Source: Tubiluchus corallicola
Lineage: Eukaryota; Animalia; Priapulida
Length of the DNA stretch: 64,000 bases
NCBI GenBank assembly: GCA_030141605.1
Contig: JAQGDQ010000061.1
Coordinates: 307,496-371,495 of the forward strand
Direction: 5' to 3'
The position numbers were made by a program, and so were the translations under genes. The notes beneath the pieces were generated by a model, which was not told where the DNA came from, ran no database searches, and saw nothing but the letters and a program-made list of their open reading frames with translations. Shown here piece by piece: positions 50,522-63,182 of the stretch (its first letter is position 1; each line of letters begins with the position of its first letter).

Positions 50522-53500
50522 ATGGCGGGATTTAGTGTACTGTTTTTGGTTACTTTGTTTCTATTATGCTTATTGTGGTATTTTATCAAGTTTCTAAAAA
50601 GACCTACGAGTGTACCTCCTGGTCCAACGGGGCTACCAATTTTTGGATCCCTCTTTTCGATTGGTAGTGACTTAGAAGGGTTTCTTAAAAAGCAGAGAAA
50701 GAAATATGGTGATATTTTTAGTGTTTATTTCGGTGACCAATTGAATGTGATTCTTAGTGATTTCGACACAGTGAAAGAAGCATTTCTGAAGCGAGGAGAG
50801 TATTTTTCAGCAAGGCCAATGCTTGAAATATCATCGGAAGTTTTAAGAGACGAAACAGGAAAGATATTTGGTGAGCTTGTCTACTAAAATTTTCTGAAAA
50901 AGATGGGAAAGTGCTTTGGTATAACTTACTTGTAGTGTCATTCGAAAGCAACTTATAAGCTGACCATTGAACGGTGTGTAGTATATAGAAATATATTTTC
51001 TCATTTTCTTCCAGGCTCACATTAAGTCATTGCAGTTTTAAATTTTAACAAGTAATTTCATAACGCACAATGCACAAATATAATGGAAAGTTCGAAGTGC
51101 AAAATGGACATTACAGAGCGGTTGACTTATATTCTAGTATAGTAGTCTACTCCATACTGTGTTGTTCCCTCGTACTAGGCACGCCAGTCTTCTTTAAGCC
51201 TGTGATTTACTTCATTTTGTATAATTTACCAATAAAAGTTTAAAGTGAAATTTATTCCAAAAATGATGGATGTATAGATAAACTTGTTATGTTTGAAATT
51301 CATTTACTGAACAATAGAACGATTCACTCATAGTAATCATAGTATACCTTACTTCGGTAGGTATAAAAGGCAAAAACTAAAATCACCTACCTTTCTGAAT
51401 TGTGTTCTAATAATTATGCGAAAAAGTAAACTTAACTCTTATCCACTTGTCCAGCAGAAAACTTATTGCCAGAAGTGTCATCTTCCGATACGCTTCGCGA
51501 TAAAAATAATAATGACTGACTTCACGTCACTTCTAAACTTGAAACGGAATTATAACGGCATCACCGCAGGGACACAACCTTGGTCAGTCTCTCAAACTGG
51601 TTTGCATAATGACCCTTGCAGATATAACCTAGTAAACTTCAAACCATTAACTTAGCAGCTCAACGTAACGGGCAAGGAAAGAGTTACATTCCTCTAGCGA
51701 GTCCAAGAAAAGTAGTTATTATCTGGCGATTATTAAATAGTAATAGGCCTACAATATTGTTTCCAAACCAGCAAACAGAGCTATTTTAGTAGATGTTAAT
51801 ATGCTTCATGTCACGAAATAATCATAAGTTGAAATAGTAAAAACAAGTTATAGAAAAACTGTTGATTTCATTATCGAATTACAAAACTGAAAAATTTTAT
51901 TATCAAATTACTGTAAAATAATATAGTATAAAATATTCGATTATCAAACTGCAATAGTGAATTATATATCTTTTCATAGGTTTAACGTCTATAGATGGAA
52001 AAGCTTGGAAGGAACAGCGTAAATTCGCTTTGAGCAAACTTCGGGATTTGGGCGTGGGGAAATCCAACATAGAGTACAAAATAAAAGAGGAAGTTTCTGC
52101 CTTCATAAATGAGTGCAAGTGCCACCAGGGTGCGCCATTTGACGTAGAGAGCTCCATGAGCAACTGTGTGGCAAATATAATCTGCTCAATATCATTTGGT
52201 TCTCGTTTTAACTATGACGATCCAGAATTCAAGAAATTGAATAGTCATATGAATGACATACTCGCGAATGGAGTTGTTTTCAATGTTGTTGATTTCCTAC
52301 CTTGGACACGATATCTGCCTTATTTTTGTGACAGGTACAATTTTTTTGCCGCCATAACAGAAGTTACATTATCATTTAACGTCAGTTTCTGAATGAGACG
52401 TTGGTATATAATGTTTATACCATGTACAGAGTTGCCACCCATATGAAAAGGGACTCCACACGGGGGCTAAAACAGGCATACCAACAACTAGATTTTGTCC
52501 AATATTAGATGCACACATTTCTTAAACACTGCACCCGTAGAGAATAAATTGTGTCTACATTTGTACAGCTGCAGCTGTGCTGCTTCAAGTGCAGTAGACA
52601 ATTACTGTTCTACCCAGTCAGTGGCACCACGCACACTTAACTGAACAAAATAACAATTAAACAATAAAAAAGGATGGACTATACCGTAGCTGTTTAGAAG
52701 AACTGTGCAATGGATGTTTTGTGTTTTGTGTCACTTTTTTACTGTAAGATTGCATTTTAAATTTTAACCAGTCGGAAGTCTTTTACTAATATCGGATCAT
52801 AATTCTTTTCACATAGGAAATGAAAACGATAATCGTCTTATTCAAATTTAAATTATTCTCTTCTTACACTTTTTAGGGTTAGAGATTTCTTAGAGAAAGA
52901 TAGGGAAATCACAGCATTTATAAAGAAGCGGGTCAAAGAGCACATTGTTAGTCATGATCCAAATAATCCCCAGGATTTAATTGACCATCATTTGAACGTC
53001 ATTAAACAGAATGAGTTTCATGGAGTAGAAGGCAGTTCATTTAGCGGTAAGGTGACCTGATTACCATGATTGTTTTGTAATCAGGTTTTCTAGTGAAAAT
53101 AGTCCTTATATACTGTAAAAAGGTATAAAAAATAGAAACAGTCATGGTAGCATACAAGAACCAAAATGGTGTCTATTACATTTTGTATACTATAACAAGT
53201 AAACTGCGTCTGTTACATATTGCATACTATAACAAGTTAGATACAATATAGAAACAGTGGTGGTGACATACAAGAAACAAAACTGTGTTCATTACGTATT
53301 GTTTAGTATAACAAGTTAGATGCAGTATTTGTTCTTGCATATTACCAGGATTGTTTTTCTTTTTTGTATGTTTTTACAGTGTAATTATTTCATCATTATC
53401 AATCTGAGTAGCTTGATATTTGCCTTATTACAAGTGGATTTGATGACAGTAAGTTACTGGATGAGAACAGTGATAAATGAACAAACTAAATATTATTTTA

Positions 53501-55997
53501 TTATTTATTACGTATATTGTGCAGAAATTGAGTGTTTTTTGGATAAATTTTGTAAAAATATTAATGGAAATAAATATAAATATATTTATATAAATAAAGA
53601 AATAAATATATAAATATAATAAAAATGGAAATAAATATTACAATTTACAAAAAGTGACACGGTGCTCTTATGAAAAACATATATGTGTGTGTGTGTGTGT
53701 GTGTGTGCGTGTGCGTGCGCGCGCGCGTGTGTGTGTGTGTGTGTGTGTGTGTAATGTACACTCAAGTTTGACATATCATTTATGACAATAACTTATATTG
53801 AAGGATAACTGTTATGAGGGTTCTTATGAAGACTCATCCTACACATGTTTGTCGCTTCAACTTACGCAATCAATAAACCAAATACTATATCTTAGTACTA
53901 AGCTAGAACTTGTCGTTTGGCCACAAAGATTTCCTACTAACATATTATATTTCATCTGTGCAGTAAAACAATTAGAAGCGACTATCAACGATCTCTTCTT
54001 TGCTGGTACTGTGACAACATCCACAACCCTCTGTTGGGCGTTTCTTTATTTGCTGAAACATCCAGAAATCATGAAAAAGGTGCAAGCTGAAATCGATGAT
54101 GTAATAGGCACAAGTCGCCTGCCTTGCTATGCAGACAAAGCAAAGATGGGCTACACTGAAGCCGTATTAAATGAAACTCAACGAATTGGTAATTTTTTAT
54201 TACAAATTACTTATCTTACTTACAAGGCTATCAGCCACACGAGATCAAAACACAAGAGCAGAATAGGGAAAATATCAGTATAAGTCCAAAAAACAAAATC
54301 TGTAAAACTAATTCGCTACTGATATGATTTATTAACGTTATTCTTGAAGTAGGTAGGTTCTACCTAGCACGGAAACGAATTTCTGATAGATAATAGCACT
54401 TATAAGAGGCCCTGGGGGAAAATTAGATTTATAAGCATGTACGCATTTGCGGTTTAGGAATACTGAGTATCCAGGATAAAAATACGAGGGTGCTGTATTT
54501 GTAGATTTGCTAATTATTTTGTTGGTTACAGTTGATTATATAAAAACTTGTATTTGACTTGAGAAAAATATACCATACATTTCTAACAATTACTAGCTGT
54601 AGCATTTACACCATTAAATGCTGTACATAATTAATATAAAGTAAAACCATAAGCTTGTTTGCTATTGCCGGCGTCATTAATTATCACGTTAGTTCATGAT
54701 CACCGAATGTCCATTACGTCTACTACTACGTCCATTACGTCTACTAATAAAATTCTAAACTGAATGAAATCTGCTTTCAAGACAGGTAGACAAGTACTAA
54801 ACATTGCTATGCAAAAAAGAATTGTCAGCACCACTTTCGTTTGTCATTGTTTCCAGGTAACATTGTGCCCACGGGCCTTGCTCATGCCACATCGCAAACT
54901 GTGACTCTGAAAGGCTACACAATACCATCTGGCACGGTCGTCAGAGCTAACTTGTCCGCCATTTTGCTGGATCCTAAAATGTTTCCAGAACCACACGAAT
55001 TTCGACCAAACCGATTCCTTGACGAAAACGAAAATTTTGTGAAATGTGAAACAATTATACCTTTTTCAATAGGTACGTAATTACACTTTTCATCATTTGC
55101 AGATAAGATTTTTCATTAAAAGCAAGCATGTGCGTGTAATTTGTACCATAGTATATTCGTAACAGCTATGTACAATTTTGATATGTAATTTTAGTTAGGG
55201 TGTTGATGGATCGGTATTTAGAATTTTAAGAGTATTTAGACCACCACGTCGATTTTACTGTTGTCATCTGAGCAGCCTGATATCTAAACTCTATTTATAA
55301 ATACGAAGTTTGTCAGGTTGAAGGATTGTTTATATTATCATATGCTTTCAAACTGTTTTCAAAAGCTAAAACACAGTTGTAATAGAAGTTTACAGTCTTG
55401 AAGATTTTTCCATTTCTGACAAAAATGCCTTACCTTATTTATTAGTAATACTCTTATATAGTTTTTTGCACTATCAGCTGGGATCCAGAACTCAACAATA
55501 CGTTCAATACTTACAACTTGAATGGTTGTGTTGGGACTAGAATTTAATCAGTTATTTAAAATAATCTTCTAAGATGAGTCACTGTTCGAGCAGAGGTGTC
55601 TTGGTATTACATTTGGATCTGTATGCACTTTTTTTGACCAAGTGAACAAACAGAAGTGAACAAACAAATATAAGACAAAACCACCAACAAGCTTGTAGTC
55701 ACCGATCCATTTACTAACCAAGCTCGCGCTGCTTAATTTTAATAACCACACGTTTATAAAGTTGTAAACTGTTCATTTCGCCTTAAAAATTTTATTGCAA
55801 TTTCAGGACGACGCGTTTGCCTTGGTGAGACATTAGCAAGGATGGAATTGTTTCTGCTTTTCACAAGCATTTTACAAAATCTGGATTTGAGATTGCCAGA
55901 AGGTGTGACGAAAGTCGACACAGAGCCTGTGATAGGTTTAACTGCTGCTCCTAAACCATTCCTGATGAGAATGGTGCCAAGACAAGTATCAAAGTAG
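50522..55997 (+). CDS. Cytochrome P450, clan 2 (CYP2-like), 501 aa, 6 exons
   Basis: Exons 50522-50870, 51980-52334, 52877-53046, 53964-54188, 54857-55072, 55807-55997 (1506 nt, phases consistent). N-terminal TM anchor, PPGP.GLP..G, WKEQRKF..LRDLG.GK, DLFFAGTVTTSTTL, ETQR, FRPNRFLD, heme motif PFSIGRRVCLGE.LARMELF. Confidence 0.95.
53131..53322. repeat. Diverged local tandem duplication (~115-bp period) in CYP intron 3
   Basis: tagaaacagt..tggt..catacaagaa.caaaa...tataacaagt recurs; tataacaagt appears three times. Confidence 0.7.
53684..53751. repeat. (GT)n/(GC)n alternating purine-pyrimidine microsatellite
   Basis: Direct inspection. Confidence 0.95.
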
Positions 55998-56434
55998 ATA
56001 TGCCGAATATACAGTACGCTATCACAATTTTCACAGACAGAAAAGGTTTTCGACACTAATTGCTTTAATATTTGCAATTGGTATTTCTTTTCTGTTTCGT
56101 CAGTTTTGTTAGCTTCCTAGTTGCTTAAGTAGTTTTCGTTACAATAATTTTTGACGAAGATACAGTGTGCCAAATGAGATGCTGTGACTTCCTTTTCAAT
56201 AACTAAATAATAAAGCTACACAAAAAATGTATTTTTTTGAGTAGTTATACTGTTTGAGCCTTAATTTAGTTTATTAAGAAATTGTTCTTGCATATTATCT
56301 AGTTAATTTGCTCATGCAACAGAAGATCTTGGAAAAACTTTAAATAGATTTATTTAAAAGCTGCAATAATGAATGCCCGTTTTACAGACTTTACGCTAAC
56401 TGGATAATAATGCTACACTGTATAGCTCTAACAC

Positions 56435-57990
56435 CTCAGACAGACCAAACTTCAGGCAGACCAGCCACGGACCCGAACAAGACCAGTCAACAGCCAGATC
56501 GTTATCTAGAATGGAAAGACGTATTGAGTTTCATCCATTGTCAAGCCCAAAAATGTAGTAAATGAAACGATAGCAATTGCATGTACCATTGCTTGTAAAT
56601 ATTTTTTGCACATGCGTTAAGGTTCCTTATGTATCAAAAGGCTCATAAATTCCGCTTTATGAAACAAATCACAAAATTCGTCATTATGCAAACAAGTCTG
56701 CTTCATTATGTAACAATCATTACGTCATAATTATTAGACATTATATAACGCTAACGACGTAACAGCTTATAAACGTTATGTAACAATAGTTATGTAATAA
56801 AAATGATGCATTATGTAACAAACTAATGCAAGTTTGGGCATAATCTGACAATAAACCTCATGTTCTAATTATTCGACTGAGCCAATAATCAGTTTGGGCT
56901 TGCTCAGCTTCTTTCTATTGTAGGTATGGGTCTGGCTGGAGTGGAGGTGGGGTGTGTGGGGTCGTTCTTGTCGGGTCTGTGGCTGGTCTCTCTGAAGTGT
57001 TTGATCTGTTGGCAGTCTAGACTATGGTTGATCTGTCTGGGGTCTGGCCTTCGTGGGTCTGGTCTGTTCAGTGGCAGCTTAAGAGATAAATTTGTTTTTA
57101 CATTGGCTTATAACAAAACAAATAGTGTACTTGCATAACGGTTAGACTACAAGTTGTTTCAGATAATGGAGTATCTGTAGATCTACATGCCAGTACAATG
57201 ATATTACACTGGGTCTTTTTAGTCACTTAGCACAATTAAGCAAACTATTAACTGCATTCCCTACATTTTAGAGGTCTTGGAAGGCCAACATTAGCAAGCA
57301 AATCAAGCAATTTGTGTTATTGTGTTTTTTGTGATTACTTATAATTATTAGTGTAAGGATTTATGAATTATTGCTGAATAATTACTTTTACAATTAGGCT
57401 AATTATACGTGCTTGTGTGCCTGTAACGGTGTTCTCAATTTAAAAAAGTTAGGTTCACGCATTCGGCTTCAATTACCTGAAAATTAAAAACATAAAACTT
57501 TTTTTTTGAGCTATTTCCCTTTTGCTACAATTGAGGCCAATTTGTCTTGCAGACTAGGGTCCCCGAGATTGGGGACCCTAGGTAGTTGTCTAGTGTACCT
57601 AATGGATAAACCAACACTGGGTCTGTGGTTAGTCTGTCTAGGCTCTAATCTGTCAAACTTCTGATTAGTCAATTCTAAGGTCTGCTCAGCTTGTAATCTG
57701 AGAACCTCCGAAGACCAGCCACAGACTAGGCCAGGCCGAGCCACAACCAGACTAGAACAGAAAGATATTGATTAAGTCCAATAATTAGAAGTAACTCAGA
57801 CCGTAACAAAACATAACCACAAACAATGACCAATCCTCCATCAGTTTGTGACATAACACACCATTTTGTTATTACATGATGCTGAAAAAATCGTTACTTA
57901 ATGATTGTTACATAATTGCGCAAAATTTGTTACATAATGATGATTTTTCTGATTTGTTACATAATGTAGCATTTTTATTACGTAATAGAA
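56435..57990. mobile_element. Cluster of oppositely oriented copies of a non-autonomous repeat (agaccagccacagacc motif plus ttatgtaac arrays)
   Basis: cttcaggcagaccagccacggacccgaacaagac (~56450) is inverted at ~56963-56997 and recurs at ~57618 and ~57712. ttatgtaac arrays at 56685-56820 are mirrored by gttacataa arrays at 57850-57985. Confidence 0.6.
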
Positions 57991-59499
57991 CTTAACGTCA
58001 TGATTTAGGTAGGATTTATCTAAGTGTTGCTGTGTTGCACTTGGCACTCCCAATATATCAGTTACAAGGCGCTGCCATCTAACGGCGGCCATTTAAAGTT
58101 TGTGTCTCCAGAATCTGAGTTCATCACGATTGTTTGTCTGTGATTTGACATGGCTGTAGCAATTTGTTTGTAACACAAATTCATGCGTAACTAAGTCAGC
58201 GGTTATACACGAAGTGACATTTGATACATGTCCTCTGACATCATGACTGAATTTTAACTGTTAGGTAAACGTCTTATTACTCATTGTGACGAGCTTCACA
58301 ACAGCCGAAAGCAGTTAGATTGTATTGTATCAAGCATATTTTTTGTTTTAATTTGTTATGATGTTTTAATTTCTTTTTCTAGCCAGTTTGTTGTAAGTAT
58401 TAAGCTTGATCCAAAAGCAGTTGGAGCAAGAAGTAATAAGTCACAGACATTTTGTTGCCTATAATTACTGGGTCCAGGAATTATTATAGGAACAAATAAG
58501 TAAAAAAACGATTGCAAAAATAACGTTAATTTTGTCCGTGTTTCTTTTTTGCGAGGAATTGACGATTTGATGATAGCTTACTATCCAGCGAATGGTAGAC
58601 ACTGGATACTCAAAACCAGGAGCCAGATGCTGGGTGCTAGAAGCCAAGCGCTAGACGCTGGACTCTTTGATGTATCATAGGCTTAAAAGACGTCGGGCCA
58701 CTAATGTAATAGACTGAGAACATATTGTAAATTTGAGTTAGGTTAAGCACAGGAAAACTTTTTGTTAATAAACTGTATATCAAACAATGTCAGGAGTGGA
58801 TTCAAAAAATTTTGCACAAGTTTCGTAAGATGCCACCAAATCTATGTAGCAAATGGTGAACGAAAAACACATTTTAATGTGTCGAAGTTTGCTAAATATA
58901 ACAATAATAGATATACCTACTTTCAAATTGTAGCTGATGTGTTTCCCGATTTTACAATTTTAACAACATGCGAACAGTTCATATTGTTATGCAGCAGATT
59001 TGACACTGAAACACTTAAATCTGCATATTAGCTAGTGACTACTAGTTGAATAATATGCAGAATTAGGAATACTAATTGCTATTTTGTTCTTAATGGATTG
59101 GATCTGTAACACGTACATCTCTTTTCTGATGTGTCGTTTCTTTGTAAGTATTGAATCCACTAAATCATAAATCATGTACAGCATCAATTCTGCATGTTTT
59201 TGTGATTTTCTAAATTCTGGTCCTTCACTTCATTAGTTGGATATTCTTGAGTTTTATACAGAAATGGTTCTTATTTTACAAGTATGTGTTTGTGGCTAGC
59301 CTATGTCAAATTAACCAGGTCCTACAAATTAGAATGGTACTCAGTATCATCATCCTTATCATCATCTAGGTGCCTCTATCTTCTAAAACATGGCACGCCC
59401 TACCTGTTCATGCCATGCGTTCCTGTCCACTGCCATTGTCCACGATGCATCATCTCTCAAATTTGTATTTACTAAATCTTTTTCATTATATCTATATAT

Positions 59500-60299
59500 G
59501 TCAGTAGCTGACCCCGTCTCGGCTTTTTGTCGTTTCAAGAGTTTTACGTAATGCTTTAGGAAGAAGAAACTCTTGAGGTAGTCTTAGTGCATGACCAATC
59601 CAATGCAATCTGCTTACTTGGATTTATTTACTCCAAGGATCATTCTTCACCACATCGTCAAGATTATCCACCATTATCATTGGGTATTCTGTCAGGCCAT
59701 TTAATTTCTAGTAATTTCCTTTTGCTGCTTAACTTTTACTGACCGTAGCTCAGTACTGTACAAAAACACAGGTTCAACTAAGGTTGAAAGGATTCGGACT
59801 TTAGTTTGAAGAGGAAGTCTATTGTTTTCAAAAACCGTCTTAGGATCTGAATAAGCAGGTAATGCGAGAATTTTCTTTTTTATGTCGGTTCGGTGTATCA
59901 CAAGCTGCCAAGGTATTTAAATCTTTTCACGAATCATTACCTCCTCTCTGAGTATGGTACTAGATTATTGACTTTGAGATTATATTTTTCTAAGCTCTGG
60001 TTGATCGTGTATTTTGCATTTTGCAGTTCCTCTATATTAGATGTAATATACGCAATATCATCCGCATATTCCATGAAGTTTAAATATGAAGGTCTTCCAA
60101 ATGTAACATAATTGTGTTCAGCTAATGTATCTGGTCTAAAATTTTCTGAATTAAGATCTGTGTAGACGTGGCCCTTCATTTTTTCACAAGGCACATAGTT
60201 GTCGTCTGTCATAGCTACAGTAAAAAGTAAAAGGGACGCCCAAACGATCCCCTTGGGGCACACCAATGTTAGAACGAAATGGTATGCTATCCTTCCTTC
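59500..60299 (-). mobile_element. Decayed non-LTR retrotransposon RT (RTE/CR1-like), interrupted by a foldback element
   Basis: Minus strand: SIPFRSNIGVPQGDRL, LLFTVAM, MEYADDIAYI..YNLKVN, FKYLGS, LPLQTKVRILSTLVEPVFLYSTE, LHWIGHALRL. Several frameshifts. Confidence 0.8.
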
Positions 60300-61342
60300 A
60301 GTGCGCGGTAAAAACGGCACAAGTAAAAATGACACAGGAAAAAGGGGACAGGAAAAATGGCACAAGAAAAAAATGGCACAAATGGAAAAGTAGGGAAAAT
60401 GGTACAAAATATATTTTGATGCAGTTGATTTCTATAATGAAACTAGAAAGCGTTCAGAAAAAAGCAAATTCTCTGCCGAAGTCAAACAATCATAAACTCA
60501 TTAGCTGATTCCTCTGATTAAAAAACATAAAAAAGATAAACAAGCAATTATACAAAAATGTACCTGTTTAGGCAGACACAGACTAGCAAAAAAACTCACA
60601 AACTATTTTGTTCATTTAATGGGATTATAATAAATTCACGATAGTGTTTGCTTGTCTTTTTTAACCATTAATTTGGCAATACACATTAATCAGCAAAGGC
60701 TATAAACAGCATTACACAGTGTTTTCAAGCGAGAATGTCTCGAAATGGAACCTAGAGCAAACTCGCAGTTGTTTGTCCTGCTGGAGATAATAAAAATCAA
60801 TACTAAACACTCCCCCTCTGAGCCTCAACGAAGTACTTCACGAATGCTTTTGTACGCGGTGTTCAGTCAACCTTTGCGAAAAAAAAGAACGGGCGAAAAA
60901 ACATCCAATTTGGCACCTCGATATCCGCTTCCTCCACCCAAGTTTCGAGGAAATCTATAGATAGTTTTTGCGTAATAGGCTTACTGCACTATCAGACAAA
61001 AAACAACCAACCAATTAAAAAAAACAAAGAAACTGTGTTGAAACACAACTTTCTTGGCAGAGATAAAAATAACTATATATAAATAATATAAAAATAATTA
61101 TCCCCCATAGTAACCCTAACCATAGACTCACATTTTACTAAGTGTGCCATTTTTTCCTGTACTATTTTTACCTGTGCCATCTTTACCTACTTTTTTACGC
61201 TCATTTACGCCATTTTTCCCTGTGCCATTTTTTGATATGCCATTTTTCCTATGCTATTTTTATTTGAAGCTTTTGCCTGTGCCACTTTTAAATGCTTTTC
61301 CATTTGTGTTATTTTTTCCTGTACCATTTTTACCTACATTCC
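60300..61342. mobile_element. Foldback/MITE-like DNA element with inverted arrays of a ~15-bp ggtaaaaatggcaca unit
   Basis: Array at 60307-60406 (ggtaaaaacggcaca, ggaaaaatggcaca...) and reverse-complement array at 61143-61335 (tgtgccatttttcc...); ccttcc on both flanks. Confidence 0.8.
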
Positions 61343-61479
61343 CTTCCATACGTCGGACATGGATAGTAAGATTTTTCAGGAATTAGATCACCAGGTAGCG
61401 AAACGGAACAACTTTGCATTTTGCATTTCCTCTTATGTAATTGTGCATTGAGGAAAAAAATCGCATTCGTATGAATTTT

Positions 61480-61712
61480 TGCAGCGCCCTATTGTGACGT
61501 CACGTGTAATTTGCCCATACAAGCCTACAGTAAATTAATGAAAATGATTTTCTTTCGCAATTTTCAATCGACAATATCCAAAATTTAATATTTTTCCTTG
61601 TCTTATGCCCTACCTGTCCAGATAATGTTATAGAAATCGGTTAAGCCGTGTTTTGGGTAAACCTGTTAACAAACAAGCAACGGTGAAAACGTAACATCCT
61701 TGGCGGAGGTAA
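61480..61712. mobile_element. Helitron/Helentron-like non-autonomous repeat end
   Basis: Ends in acaaacaagcaacggtgaaaacgtaacatccttggcggaggtaa, resembling the ...aaaacataacctccttggcggaggtaa terminus of widespread animal non-autonomous repeats; recalled from memory, not searched. Confidence 0.45.
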
Positions 61713-62075
61713 AGAAATTTTATCTAGTTTTTGGAGATTTATGTCGCAGCGACGAAGCTTCCTGTTACGGTTTAACTTGAACCGGATCCAGAATATCTGG
61801 TTTTCATACGGAATTATAAACTGAGAACCAGAATCAGGTCTAGTTCACCGTACCTGATAACGCAATGCACACAAGTAAAACAATAAAATTGCAATCATCC
61901 GTTTTAATTCTCTGAGACAATAAAACACTGATCTAATTCGATAATTAAATTTATTAAGTAATTACTTTTAACATTCATGACGAGATGACACAGGTTTATG
62001 TAGGCTAGAATATAAGAAAGCAGGTTTCTGGTAAGGGTCTTCAGCTAGTGAGTGGAATTCAGATTGTCCTGATAT

Positions 62076-62082
62076 TATAAAA
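62076..62082 (+). promoter_or_regulatory. Candidate TATA box of the Tyr-rich secreted protein gene
   Basis: TATAAAA ~100 bp upstream of ATG 62182. Confidence 0.45.
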
Positions 62083-62181
62083 CAATCATAACTACGAAGT
62101 GCATAGGTGAAAACGCTAAACACCATTCGGGGAGAGAGGATAAAAATATTTTCGTCAACTCCCTGAGCGGTCTTCTGCAAC

Positions 62182-63182
62182 ATGACTCGGAAATTAAATG
62201 AATTGATTTGTGCGGTTTTACTCCTAGCAACGGTAAGTCACAAAGTATGATAGTACAAAAGCAGTCATTTCGAAAGCAATGCATCTAGATTTAAGTAAAA
62301 TTAATAAGTAGGCTTATAACGAAACTGAACTTCGAGCTGCAAGAATTTTTCTAGAATATTTTTATAGGTATTAATGAACAGTTTATCATACAATATAATC
62401 AAAGTAAAACAGCGAATTACAGGTCCTATGTCCTTCCACGTTTTTGCCCCAAGCTTTTGAGGTATTTTCGTGTGGTTTTAAATAGTTTGTCTTTAACAAA
62501 AGAACTCTTCAGTAAAAAGTTATTCAGTTTTTTAATTTTATTTTAGTATACGACTGAGTTAAACGTATATACTATAAGTTCTAAAAGAAGCATAGATGGC
62601 AAATTAAAATTCCCCTTATTATGATATTGTTATAAATTAATTGTTCTAAGTCAAACCAAGATTTGTCACTTAAATATTGTTTCCTCAAAGGCATAAAATG
62701 ATAATTTATTTTCTGCAATTTGAAACGGTACTAATTATAATCATTCAAAATCTTGAGAAGAATTTTACTAATCTAACAGAATAGTAAAAAAGACTTATGT
62801 ATAATTAATCTAGTAGAAACGCGTATACTTGTACTTTAAGACCACATTTAAGAACACCGATTTTTTAACTTAAGGTCTAGGACGTAAATGCTAATTAATC
62901 AAGGAAAAATTTAATCTCGATTTTGCGTTTCAGGTAGTTGTTTTTACGCACGCTCAGCATGGCGGCGGCGGCTACGGATACCGACCCAGTGCTTATTATG
63001 GATACATTCAGAAGAGTAATCCCAGCCACAGATCATACGTTTACTTCCAGCGACATACTATCCCGTATGAAGACTTGTACGATTCCACATACACTGATCA
63101 TTACGTGTTCCATACACCTACTTATTATACTTATCAAAGCTACGGCAAATACAGCAGTGGTGGTGGTGGTGGATACCACTAA
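62182..63182 (+). CDS. Small secreted Tyr/Gly/His-rich protein, 99 aa, 2 exons
   Basis: Exon 62182-62232 (caacATG, MTRKLNELICAVLLLAT|gtaagt) joins in phase 0 to exon 62934-63182 (ttttgcgtttcag|VVVFTHA-QHGGGGYGYRPSAYYGYIQKSNPSHRSYVYFQRHTIPYEDLYDSTYTDHYVFHTPTYYTYQSYGKYSSGGGGGYH*). The splice completes a classical signal peptide. Confidence 0.85.

Noticed and set aside
60307-61335. CRISPR-like array
   Set aside because: Eukaryotic context, degenerate 15-bp units without unique spacers, arranged as inverted terminal arrays.
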